Shown one piece after another: positions 1 through 7,482 of a DNA stretch of 64,000 nucleotides (positions are counted from its first letter, which is position 1; each line of letters begins with the position of its first letter). The notes below the pieces were generated by a model that saw nothing but the letters and a program-made list of their open reading frames with translations, was not told the DNA's origin and did not search any database. The DNA comes from an uncultured Candidatus Saccharibacteria bacterium (GTDB lineage Bacteria > Patescibacteriota > Minisyncoccia > Phycocordibacterales > UBA918). The translations under genes and the position numbers were made by a program. The stretch spans positions 10,410-74,409 of the forward strand of contig CAZUWG010000002.1 in assembly GCA_964624165.1 (NCBI GenBank), read 5' to 3'.

Positions 1-365
1 GGTGTGCGAATCGGGCTCGGGCCGCGATAATGTGGAAGTAGTGAAGGATGCAGGTTGATTGTCTGGTGCGCCGGAAGAGCAATAAACTCAGCAGGTAAAA
101 TCTTGTTAAATGCCACAACGACAAAAAGTTCTGCGCCAGTGATCGCTTCCAGAAAAGTTGGTTCGGTGAGGGACGTTGGTTGTAATACTGGAATACCTTC
201 AGCAGCAGCGAATAGTTTTGTTGGTGGTGGCGTGAGCACACGTCCGCGCCCACTTTTTCTATCTTCGCTCGTAACGACCGCTCGCGGGCGGAGATTGTGT
301 TGTAATAACGTTTCCAATACCGGAACCCCGAGCGGTTCGCCGCCAAAATAAATAAAATCAATCAT
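1..365 (-). CDS. fmt: methionyl-tRNA formyltransferase, N-terminal part (3' end cut by window edge)
   Basis: Minus-strand translation from ATG at 365 reads MIDFIYFGGEPLGVPVLETLL...INLHPSLLPHYRGPSPI, matching the formyltransferase catalytic motif (HPSLLPxxRG); it lies immediately downstream of def in the conserved def-fmt operon. Absent from the ORF track because it is truncated. Confidence 0.8.
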   Translation of the reverse strand, partial: MIDFIYFGGEPLGVPVLETLLQHNLRPRAVVTSEDRKSGRGRVLTPPPTKLFAAAEGIPVLQPTSLTEPTFLEAITGAELFVVVAFNKILPAEFIALPAHQTINLHPSLLPHYRGPSPIRT

Positions 366-368
366 GTG

Positions 369-872
369 TTAGTTAGCTTCATCTTTATGCCAGACTTTTT
401 CTGCTCGGTCGGTAAACAAAATGCCGTCAAGATGGTCGACTTCATGTTGTAGGATTTGAGCTAGGAGCTGTTCTGCTTCTATGACGTACTCTTGGCCGTG
501 CTCATCGAGGGCTCGCATGGTAGCTTTTTTGTGGCGACGAACTAGACCGTAGTATTCAGGGATAGAGAGACAGCCTTCACCGACCAGGCTAGTTTTTTTT
601 GAAACTTTTACTATGGTTGGATTGATTGCCACAAATGACTCAAGTGAATCGCGATCAGTGCTCTGATCTTCTACCAAAAAGATGCGCTTACTGATGCCTA
701 TTTGTGGTGCAGCGATAGCGACTGCTACAAAGCCATCTACTGAGTAGGTTTTTAGTGCGGCTTTCATATCCTTTATGATTTTTGTTACCGTCCCAGTTTT
801 GAACTCTTCGTCCGTCACTGCGTCTGCAATGCGATGGAGGGCTGGGTGGTTTTCGGGTACTAATTTGGCCAT
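369..872 (-). CDS. def: peptide deformylase
   Basis: 167 aa carrying the three PDF motifs GIGISAPQ-like (IAAPQIG), EGCLS and HEVDHLDG. Confidence 0.9.
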   Translation of the reverse strand: MAKLVPENHPALHRIADAVTDEEFKTGTVTKIIKDMKAALKTYSVDGFVAVAIAAPQIGISKRIFLVEDQSTDRDSLESFVAINPTIVKVSKKTSLVGEGCLSIPEYYGLVRRHKKATMRALDEHGQEYVIEAEQLLAQILQHEVDHLDGILFTDRAEKVWHKDEAN

Positions 873-912
873 ATGATACTGCTACTATAGCGCAACAGAG
901 CTAAAAAATAAA

Positions 913-2799
913 CTATACCAAACGTTCTGGATTGATCTCGACCCGCACATATGGCGGTAGAGTGCGTAGGAGAGCAAGGAGCTGCGTGTCTGGCCAGGCG
1001 GAGCGTTCGACGCGTAATAAACCACAACGGACGGTGCGGTCTTTTGTGCTTTGAGGGTTTGAATAAAAACGCATTTCATAGGAAGAAAGTATGCCTTTTA
1101 GCATGATTTCAATCTCCTGAACTTTTTCTTTTTTACCAACAAACATAACATGTACAAATATTACAAACGGTGGGTAGTGAAGCTTTTCTCGTAAGGCAAT
1201 TTCTTCGCTGTAAAATTTTTCTACCTGTCCACTTTTCGTAAATTGGACTAAGCTTTCATCAGCTTCATGTTTGGTTTGTAAGTAGAGCATGTCAGTGGTC
1301 TTGTCGCGCAACGTCAGAAGTAACGCCAGCGCGTCCTCTTCAGAGCGCCAGCTTGGGTGGGCACGTATCGCCTCAAGAGACGTAACTATGGTACTGTCGA
1401 CTGGTTCTGTTAAAGAGGGAAGTGTCATGGCGGTGCCAAGGAGTAGCGCTTGTTTGGCTTCTCTAAATTCCGCCATGAGCTGTAAGCGTTTACGTGGTGT
1501 GGTGGCGGTGGTGTGATCAAAGACTATGAGTGGAGTATCAGGAAAAGCATTCGCGAGCTGCTCTTTTATACGCTGTACCCCCACACCAAGCTCTTGTAGT
1601 TTCCATGAGCCACATTCAGTACAAACATCAAGGGCACGAATACGAGTACCTGTGACCGATACAAACCATCTTTGTTCCTCACCATTTTTCTCTGTTCTAA
1701 AAAGGCTATAAGGCGCTCCGGAATGAGGGCAACAAAAAATATGCCCGCAATCGCTGCATACGATAAGCGGCGCCAAACCACGCCTGGCGGCATAGATAAA
1801 GACGTGCTGCTTTTCCTTAAGAGCGTCCTTGATGGTGGAGATAGTTTTGTCGTAGAGAGGGAGAAAAGGCTTACGAGCTTTTTTGGGTGCGATGATGAGC
1901 TTCACGGAGCTGCTAAAAGCCAGTCGCTGCGCCGGCTCGTCTGTAGGCTCAATAAAGCCTTCTCTGCGGAGCCATTCGTCTTCTGTGTGAGGTAAGATGT
2001 CTGCGATGGTGAGCGAAATACGTTCGACCAAGGCGCGCGCCTGGGCGGCATCTTTGAAGTTGAGGTATGGTCGTTGTTTTTGCAAGTAATGTGAAGAGCG
2101 ACTATGTTCGACAATAATCTGTAGCACATCCGCTCGTGCAACCGTCAGATGAGAAGGAGTGACCACGATTAATTTTGTGTGTGAGTAATCATCAAGCGAA
2201 GCGTACGCTGCAGCAAGCTGGCGCTTGGTTGAGCGGTGTGTTAAAAGCAGGGTCCGTTTCTCGATGCCATGTTTTAAGGCTTCAAAAAGAAATTCCGCAT
2301 CAGCGTGCGTTGGCGCCATAACCAATACCGATCCTCGGCGAGCGAAAGTTTCTCGAATCGTTAGCTTGTGAGATTGTAGTCTCGTTGTAAAGGTGTCTTG
2401 TAATAAAGTCGCTCGGTAGGCGCTGTCTTCGTGAGGAATAGTGGTGCTGGATTGAGTATGCACGCCGGACAATATCTCAGCCGGGAGGAGGGCGGTATAG
2501 AGTGCACCCAATGGGTAAGGGTTACGTTTAGTAAGGGTTCTAGCTAGCTCGATGGTAGTGGGAGAAATACTTTGGGTGGCTTCTTGTGGTGGAAGTCGGC
2601 GCAGTCCAAACGAGGCTGCTTTGAGAGTCAGTTTTGAGAGAGGGACTTCATTTTGATCTACCACTAAAGCGCGCACGCTTTTCTTGCGAAGTGGAAGCGT
2701 GACTACTGATCCAAGTGCGAGACGCTGACTTGTGTAGTAGGAGAGAGGTTCGACGGGGGCGTTTTTTACTAAGGGAATTACTTCAGTGACAAACATCAT
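913..2799 (-). CDS. priA: primosomal protein N' (PriA)-like, ATPase motifs degenerate
   Basis: The region VLVMAPT...LLLTHRS...IVVTPS...IIVEHSRSSHY aligns block-for-block with E. coli PriA helicase motifs Ia-II. The C-terminus keeps the PriA Cys cluster (CSDCGHIFCCPHSG...CTECGS) and the HYPPF motif. Walker A (GSGKT) reads TFTTR and Walker B (DEEH) reads VEHS. Confidence 0.65.
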   Translation of the reverse strand: MMFVTEVIPLVKNAPVEPLSYYTSQRLALGSVVTLPLRKKSVRALVVDQNEVPLSKLTLKAASFGLRRLPPQEATQSISPTTIELARTLTKRNPYPLGALYTALLPAEILSGVHTQSSTTIPHEDSAYRATLLQDTFTTRLQSHKLTIRETFARRGSVLVMAPTHADAEFLFEALKHGIEKRTLLLTHRSTKRQLAAAYASLDDYSHTKLIVVTPSHLTVARADVLQIIVEHSRSSHYLQKQRPYLNFKDAAQARALVERISLTIADILPHTEDEWLRREGFIEPTDEPAQRLAFSSSVKLIIAPKKARKPFLPLYDKTISTIKDALKEKQHVFIYAARRGLAPLIVCSDCGHIFCCPHSGAPYSLFRTEKNGEEQRWFVSVTGTRIRALDVCTECGSWKLQELGVGVQRIKEQLANAFPDTPLIVFDHTTATTPRKRLQLMAEFREAKQALLLGTAMTLPSLTEPVDSTIVTSLEAIRAHPSWRSEEDALALLLTLRDKTTDMLYLQTKHEADESLVQFTKSGQVEKFYSEEIALREKLHYPPFVIFVHVMFVGKKEKVQEIEIMLKGILSSYEMRFYSNPQSTKDRTVRCGLLRVERSAWPDTQLLALLRTLPPYVRVEINPERLV

Positions 2800-2838
2800 C
2801 GTATTCTAACAAAGTTTGTAGAAAGCGAAAAACTTGCA

Positions 2839-2864
2839 TAGATATAGCATATATGCTATATCTA
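2839..2864. promoter_or_regulatory. perfect 26-bp palindrome (putative operator) in divergent intergenic region
   Basis: TAGATATAGCATATATGCTATATCTA equals its own reverse complement. It sits between the priA-like start (2799, minus strand) and the transporter gene on the plus strand. Confidence 0.5.
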
Positions 2865-3144
2865 AGGTAGAGTCCAATACATAGTGCGGCCTGATAATTT
2901 CATCACCAGATACAGTCGATATCTGGAACCGCAATACACCTATGTATGTTTAAAGCAATTGGACAAGTTATTTTATTATTTGCGCTACTACATGTGTTCC
3001 AAAACGCCTTCATCGCTTTTGAAAACGCAGTTGTCGCAACCTTTGAAGCGGTGGAGCGAAACGTCAATCGCACACCATAGCCGCCGAAAGCTGTATCATC
3101 TGGTACGGCTTTCTTGTGTTGTAAAGCATGCTACACTATCAGTA

Positions 3145-4176
3145 ATGACACAGCAAAAAATCTTAGAGTATGGCTTCTTCTTTGGATTGTTAGCCGGGGT
3201 AGTGTATTTAGTAGGATCTATGTTGCTGCCGTTTGTGACATCACTTTCGCTGGCGCTGATTATTGCGACTATCTTTTTCCCGGTACATCGTCGGGTTGTA
3301 GCGCGAATGCCAAAAGAAAATGAGACCATCGGAGCGCTTATGTCCACATTGATTATTCTTTTGGTAGCAATTTTGCCATTGATATTACTTAGTGTCGCAC
3401 TGTTTAATGAAGCACTTAGTGTGTACCAAGATTTACAGCGTGATTCATCATCGATCGCACAGCGGATTGCGGATGGTGAAGCACTTTTGCAGCAATACGT
3501 ACCGACTCTTGAGCTCAATCTTGATACTTATCTACGACAAGGATTTGGTTGGGTGACAGCGCATGTCGGCAGTCTCTTTGCAGGTACCGCTTCAGCATTT
3601 TTTACTCTTTTTATTACGCTCGTGAGCGTCTTCTATTTCTTGCGAGATGGAGAAAAATTGCGGCGTTATTTGATCAAAGTAATGCCCTTGAAAGAAAAAG
3701 ACGAACTTTTCATTTTTGCTCGTTTAGCACAGGCTATCCGTTCTGTGACTAATGGCATCGTATTGGTCGCGCTTATTCAAGGAGGGCTTACTGGCTTTGG
3801 ACTCTGGCTCTTTGGGTTTGATAACACCTTTATTTGGGGAGTTGTAGCCGCTTTTGGCGCCTTAATTCCAAGCGTTGGTACTGCGCTAGTCTTTGTGCCG
3901 GCGGTGGCGTATCTTTTCTTCACTGGTGACACTGCACTAGCTTTTGGACTCGCTGCTTGGGGGACGATAGCGGTAGGGGCAATCGATAATGTGCTTGGTC
4001 CTTACCTGATGGGGCGCGGTAACGCGATTCATCCGTTTCTGATCCTACTTTCTGTCTTGGGAGGAATTAGCGTCTTTGGGTTTATTGGTTTCTTGGTTGG
4101 GCCGATTGTAGTCAGTCTCATGTTTGTATTGCTTGAGCTTTACTCTCAACATCTTGACGTGTCGGAAGGGGAGTAA
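3145..4176 (+). CDS. AI-2E family transporter (PerM/YdiK-like, UPF0118)
   Basis: Multi-TM protein with the conserved AI-2E C-terminal block (NGIVLVALIQGGLTGFGLWLFG...LIPSVGTALVFVPAVAYL...GPIVVSLMFVLLE). Start chosen at ATG 3145 (MTQQKILEYGFFFGLL) just before TM1. The track ORF starts at GTG 2884, but that 87-codon extension has no membrane or domain character. Confidence 0.7.
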   Translation: MTQQKILEYGFFFGLLAGVVYLVGSMLLPFVTSLSLALIIATIFFPVHRRVVARMPKENETIGALMSTLIILLVAILPLILLSVALFNEALSVYQDLQRDSSSIAQRIADGEALLQQYVPTLELNLDTYLRQGFGWVTAHVGSLFAGTASAFFTLFITLVSVFYFLRDGEKLRRYLIKVMPLKEKDELFIFARLAQAIRSVTNGIVLVALIQGGLTGFGLWLFGFDNTFIWGVVAAFGALIPSVGTALVFVPAVAYLFFTGDTALAFGLAAWGTIAVGAIDNVLGPYLMGRGNAIHPFLILLSVLGGISVFGFIGFLVGPIVVSLMFVLLELYSQHLDVSEGE

Positions 4177-4194
4177 GTAGTTTATACTGAAAGT

Positions 4195-4617
4195 ATGCAT
4201 GTTGATAAAGGTTTGATTGAAAGTATCTTAAAAGCCAACAATGTATCGATGGAATCCGATGATGATGAAATAAAGTCATTACTTTTTAGCGCTCGCTGGC
4301 ATGAAGATGATGTAGATACTGCACTATTTGTATTACGAAATGACAAAGTGCAAAACAAACAACGAATTGATGCGGTGTATGACGAAGACTTTCGTCTACA
4401 AGACAGGATGCGCCCGGAGACTATTTCTGCACTGCTTGGCATTGATGTGAGCGATTATGATTTAGATCGTAAAGAATTCGGACGAGGTGAAAACGTAGGC
4501 ACTATGGGCTTGATGGGTATGGTGTTTGTGATGAGCGCAGCGATTATTTTTTCGGGGTTGGTGTTGCTGTTATTTATGTTTGTCTTCAAGATTGGCATTT
4601 TTAGTTCAGCCTTGTAA
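4195..4617 (+). CDS. hypothetical protein with acidic N-terminal part and C-terminal TM anchor
   Basis: 140-aa ORF with a hydrophobic C-terminus (GLMGMVFVMSAAIIFSGLVLLLFMFVF); no recognisable domain. Confidence 0.4.
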   Translation: MHVDKGLIESILKANNVSMESDDDEIKSLLFSARWHEDDVDTALFVLRNDKVQNKQRIDAVYDEDFRLQDRMRPETISALLGIDVSDYDLDRKEFGRGENVGTMGLMGMVFVMSAAIIFSGLVLLLFMFVFKIGIFSSAL

Positions 4618-4623
4618 TATAAA

Positions 4624-5634
4624 GTGATGATTTCAGGCCTGCGTACATGCCTCATGGCGGTGACGATGGTGTGTTCAAGCGCCTTTTTGGCGTTTACTGT
4701 TACGAATTATGAAACACTCAAAAGTAAGTGGCAAGGGCCTGTCGAGGCTAAGACGATCATTTTTGCAGGTGATGTGTTTTTAGGTCGACAGACTGAGGAG
4801 AGGATTTTGCAGTATGGGGAATCATTTCCGTTTTTAGATATTGAAGCGGTCATCAAAAATTCCACATTTGCCGTCATGAATTTTGAAAGTGCGATTGCCG
4901 TCCCCCACAAAAAGACTCCCTACTATACGTTTCAATTTTCAACAAGTGAAAAAATTTTACCCTCACTGGCAGACGTAGGTTTTACTCATTTTGGACTTGC
5001 CAATAACCATGCCTATGACTATGGAAGCGAAGGGTATGAGAAGGCTCGGGAGGTGCTTGCTGATGCAGGTGTGGTATTTGGAGCTCCGCATGAACTCTCC
5101 ACAACGTCGGTAGCAATTATCGAAGCAAATGGCGTTTCACTTGGACTCATTGGGATCTATGCGGTCGCGCGTATACCGTCAGAAGAGCAAATAGAAACCT
5201 TGCTCACTTCCGTCGCCACTTCGACTGATATGCAAGTGATTTTTGTGCATTGGGGAGACGAGTACGAATTAATTCATTCGGCTACTCAGGAGCGTCTCGC
5301 TCGGCTGTTTATAAAACATGGCGCCGATCTGATTGTGGGACATCATCCTCATGTTGTACAAGACATCGCTCTCTATGACGGTGTTCCTGTGGTTTACTCA
5401 CTTGGAAATCTTGTATTTGACCAGTACTTTTCAAAGGAGGTGCAAGAAGGTCTGCTGGTGCGGCTGCAGCCAGGGAGGGCTGTGTTGGAGCTTGTGCCGG
5501 TGACCACGCTCGGACAACCAATGCAGCCAAGAGAAATGACAGAGACTGAGCGAGCTCGTTTTTTAGAGCAGCTGGCAGCTCGCAGTCAGGAAGCATTAAG
5601 AGAAGGGATATTAGCAGGGAAAATTACGTGGTAG
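4624..5634 (+). CDS. CapA/PgsA-family metallophosphoesterase (poly-gamma-glutamate synthesis protein-like)
   Basis: N-terminal anchor followed by metallophosphatase motifs: GDVFLGR, GLANNHAYDYG, IFVHWGDEY, LIVGHHPHVVQ. Confidence 0.7.
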   Translation: MMISGLRTCLMAVTMVCSSAFLAFTVTNYETLKSKWQGPVEAKTIIFAGDVFLGRQTEERILQYGESFPFLDIEAVIKNSTFAVMNFESAIAVPHKKTPYYTFQFSTSEKILPSLADVGFTHFGLANNHAYDYGSEGYEKAREVLADAGVVFGAPHELSTTSVAIIEANGVSLGLIGIYAVARIPSEEQIETLLTSVATSTDMQVIFVHWGDEYELIHSATQERLARLFIKHGADLIVGHHPHVVQDIALYDGVPVVYSLGNLVFDQYFSKEVQEGLLVRLQPGRAVLELVPVTTLGQPMQPREMTETERARFLEQLAARSQEALREGILAGKITW

Positions 5635-5687
5635 CTTGCTATTTCGACATTAATATTTTAGTATGTCCATACTAATTTACGTATACT

Positions 5688-6221
5688 ATGAAATTTAATC
5701 GTTTTGAAATTATTGGAGGAGCCGTCAGTATTGCTTGTATGGTACTGGCTCTTTGGTTGATTCGCGTCGAGACTACTAACACGCTTCTTTCTCAGAATGC
5801 TCTTGATTCACAAACTGCAGCTGTGTATGTGACTGGTGATGATCAGGCGGCACTTAGGGAAGCTTTTGACTCGGCTTCTAGTAGTGACGGCAGTCTTTCT
5901 CGGATGATTGTAAACGACGTCACAGTTGGCGAAGGGGAAGAGGTAAGTGATGGCGATGTGATTACTGTCCATTACAAAGGCATGCTGCAAAACGGACAAG
6001 AGTTTGATGACTCATACAATCGTGGAGAACCGATTACTTTTGAAGTTGGTGCCGGGCGAGTGATTGAAGGATGGGAAATGGGAGTGATTGGTATGAAGGT
6101 TGGTGGAGAGCGTATTCTCGTTATTCCATCTAGACTCGCATACGGTGCAGATGGGTACGGTCCGATCCCGGGTAACGCAACCCTTGTCTTCACTATTGAA
6201 TTACTTTCAATTGCACAGTAG
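5688..6221 (+). CDS. FKBP-type peptidyl-prolyl cis-trans isomerase with N-terminal membrane anchor
   Basis: FKBP domain signature GDVITVHYKGMLQNGQEFDDSYNRGEPITFEVGAGRVIEGWEMGVIGMKVGGER...YGADGYGPIPGNATLVFTIELL. Confidence 0.85.
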   Translation: MKFNRFEIIGGAVSIACMVLALWLIRVETTNTLLSQNALDSQTAAVYVTGDDQAALREAFDSASSSDGSLSRMIVNDVTVGEGEEVSDGDVITVHYKGMLQNGQEFDDSYNRGEPITFEVGAGRVIEGWEMGVIGMKVGGERILVIPSRLAYGADGYGPIPGNATLVFTIELLSIAQ

Positions 6222-6231
6222 TAGCCTAGTA

Positions 6232-7449
6232 ATGTCAAAGCCAATTTCTTTTGAAATCATCAAGCGCGGGCGAGCGAAGCTCGCCCGCGCTGGTGTTATA
6301 CATACTCCATCTGGTGATATAGAAACCCCTGCTTTTGTAGTGGTCGGTACAAAAGGTACGGTAAAGTCTTTGAAGCCCGATGATCTAGAGCGATATGTTG
6401 GCAACCAGATTACACTCGCCAATACCTACCATCTATTCCTGCAGCCAGGAGATGATGTGATTAGCGCTGCGGGAGGTCTGCAAGCATTTTCAAATATAAC
6501 CATGCCGACCATGACTGACAGTGGCGGTTTTCAAGTCTTTAGTCTTGGTGCCGCCTTTGGTAAAGGAGTGACGAAGTTTGCCAAAGGCGAAGTTGATGAG
6601 ACGAAGGCGGGACTCAATGTGTACAGTAAGGAGGTGGCAAGTGAACATGGAAAACTTTGTGTCATAGACGAAGAAGGTGTGACCTTCACCTCTCACCTTG
6701 ATGGCTCGATGCATCGCTTTACTCCAGAGCGTTCAATTGATATTCAGCATAACATCGGCGCAGACATCATTGTGGCTTTTGATGAATGTACCAGTCCAAC
6801 AGCAGATTATGAATATCAAAAAGAAGCAATGGAACGTACACATCGTTGGGCTAAGCGAAGCATTATGGCGCACAAACATAATTATGAAGCCTTAAAGAAA
6901 CAAGGAATATACGGCGTTGTGCAAGGTGGTCGTCATCTTGATTTAAGGCAAGAGAGTGCTCGTACTTTAGCGGCAATGGACTTTGATGGTTTTGGTATTG
7001 GAGGTTCATTTTCAAAAGAAGACCTCGGCGCTTCTTTGCGAGTAGTAAATGAAATTTTACCTGAAGAGAAACCCCGTCACTTGTTGGGAATTGGTGAGCC
7101 TGAAGATATTCTCTCTGGCGTACAGATGGGATGTGATACGTTTGATTGTGTGGCGCCCACACGAATCGCTCGCACGGGTACAATTTATCATGCTACAGAA
7201 GAAACAGACGAATATGGTCTGCCAAAAATTATAAAGCTCAATCTACTCAATCAAAAATTTATTTCTGATTTTTCCCCTCTCGATTTTAGTGAGAGTCCAA
7301 TCGGTAGTCAGTATACGAAGGCTTACCTGGCACATTTATTTCGGGCGAAAGAAATACTTGGTCCGCATCTGGCGTCGCTTCATAACTTGTGGACGATTGT
7401 GAATTATACAAAGCAAGTGCGTACAAAGTTACTTGAAGGGGATTTGTAA
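6232..7449 (+). CDS. tgt: queuine tRNA-ribosyltransferase (tRNA-guanine transglycosylase)
   Basis: MSKPISFEI...GDIETPAFVVVGTKGTVK...LANTYHLFLQPG, the DEC catalytic motif (IIVAFDECTSP), and MGCDTFDCVAPTRIARTG. Start reassigned to ATG 6232; the track's 6100 start would overlap the FKBP gene. The three canonical Zn-ligand Cys positions read S-E-S-P-I-G-S instead. Confidence 0.85.
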   Translation: MSKPISFEIIKRGRAKLARAGVIHTPSGDIETPAFVVVGTKGTVKSLKPDDLERYVGNQITLANTYHLFLQPGDDVISAAGGLQAFSNITMPTMTDSGGFQVFSLGAAFGKGVTKFAKGEVDETKAGLNVYSKEVASEHGKLCVIDEEGVTFTSHLDGSMHRFTPERSIDIQHNIGADIIVAFDECTSPTADYEYQKEAMERTHRWAKRSIMAHKHNYEALKKQGIYGVVQGGRHLDLRQESARTLAAMDFDGFGIGGSFSKEDLGASLRVVNEILPEEKPRHLLGIGEPEDILSGVQMGCDTFDCVAPTRIARTGTIYHATEETDEYGLPKIIKLNLLNQKFISDFSPLDFSESPIGSQYTKAYLAHLFRAKEILGPHLASLHNLWTIVNYTKQVRTKLLEGDL

Positions 7450-7450
7450 C

Positions 7451-7482
7451 AAAAAGGCGCGAGCGCAGCTCGCGCCTTTTTG
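7451..7482. terminator. bidirectional intrinsic terminator between convergent tgt and the FAD-oxidase gene
   Basis: AAAAAGGCGCGAGC-GCA-GCTCGCGCCTTTTTG: 9-bp GC stem and triloop, with an A-tract and a T-tract on either side. Confidence 0.7.

Noticed and set aside
55-351. 98-aa plus-strand ORF at the left edge
   Set aside because: Lies entirely antisense to the clearly recognisable fmt coding sequence (HPSLLPHYRG motif on the minus strand). Its Gly/Ser/Arg-rich composition is typical of a shadow ORF.
2884-3144. 87-codon N-terminal extension of the AI-2E transporter ORF (GTG start at 2884)
   Set aside because: The extension has no TM or domain character (Tyr/Arg/Lys-rich, low complexity). AI-2E proteins begin about 15 aa before TM1, which matches ATG 3145, and a -35/-10-like TTGTAA…TACACT lies just upstream of 3145. 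The long stop-free frame is noted as a curiosity but not called coding.
3096-3518. 140-aa minus-strand ORF
   Set aside because: Antisense within the AI-2E transporter gene; no motifs.
6100-6231. Upstream start of the tgt ORF as given in the track (6100)
   Set aside because: It would overlap the last 120 nt of the FKBP gene in another frame. Conserved TGT sequence begins at MSKPISFEI (ATG 6232), right after the FKBP stop.
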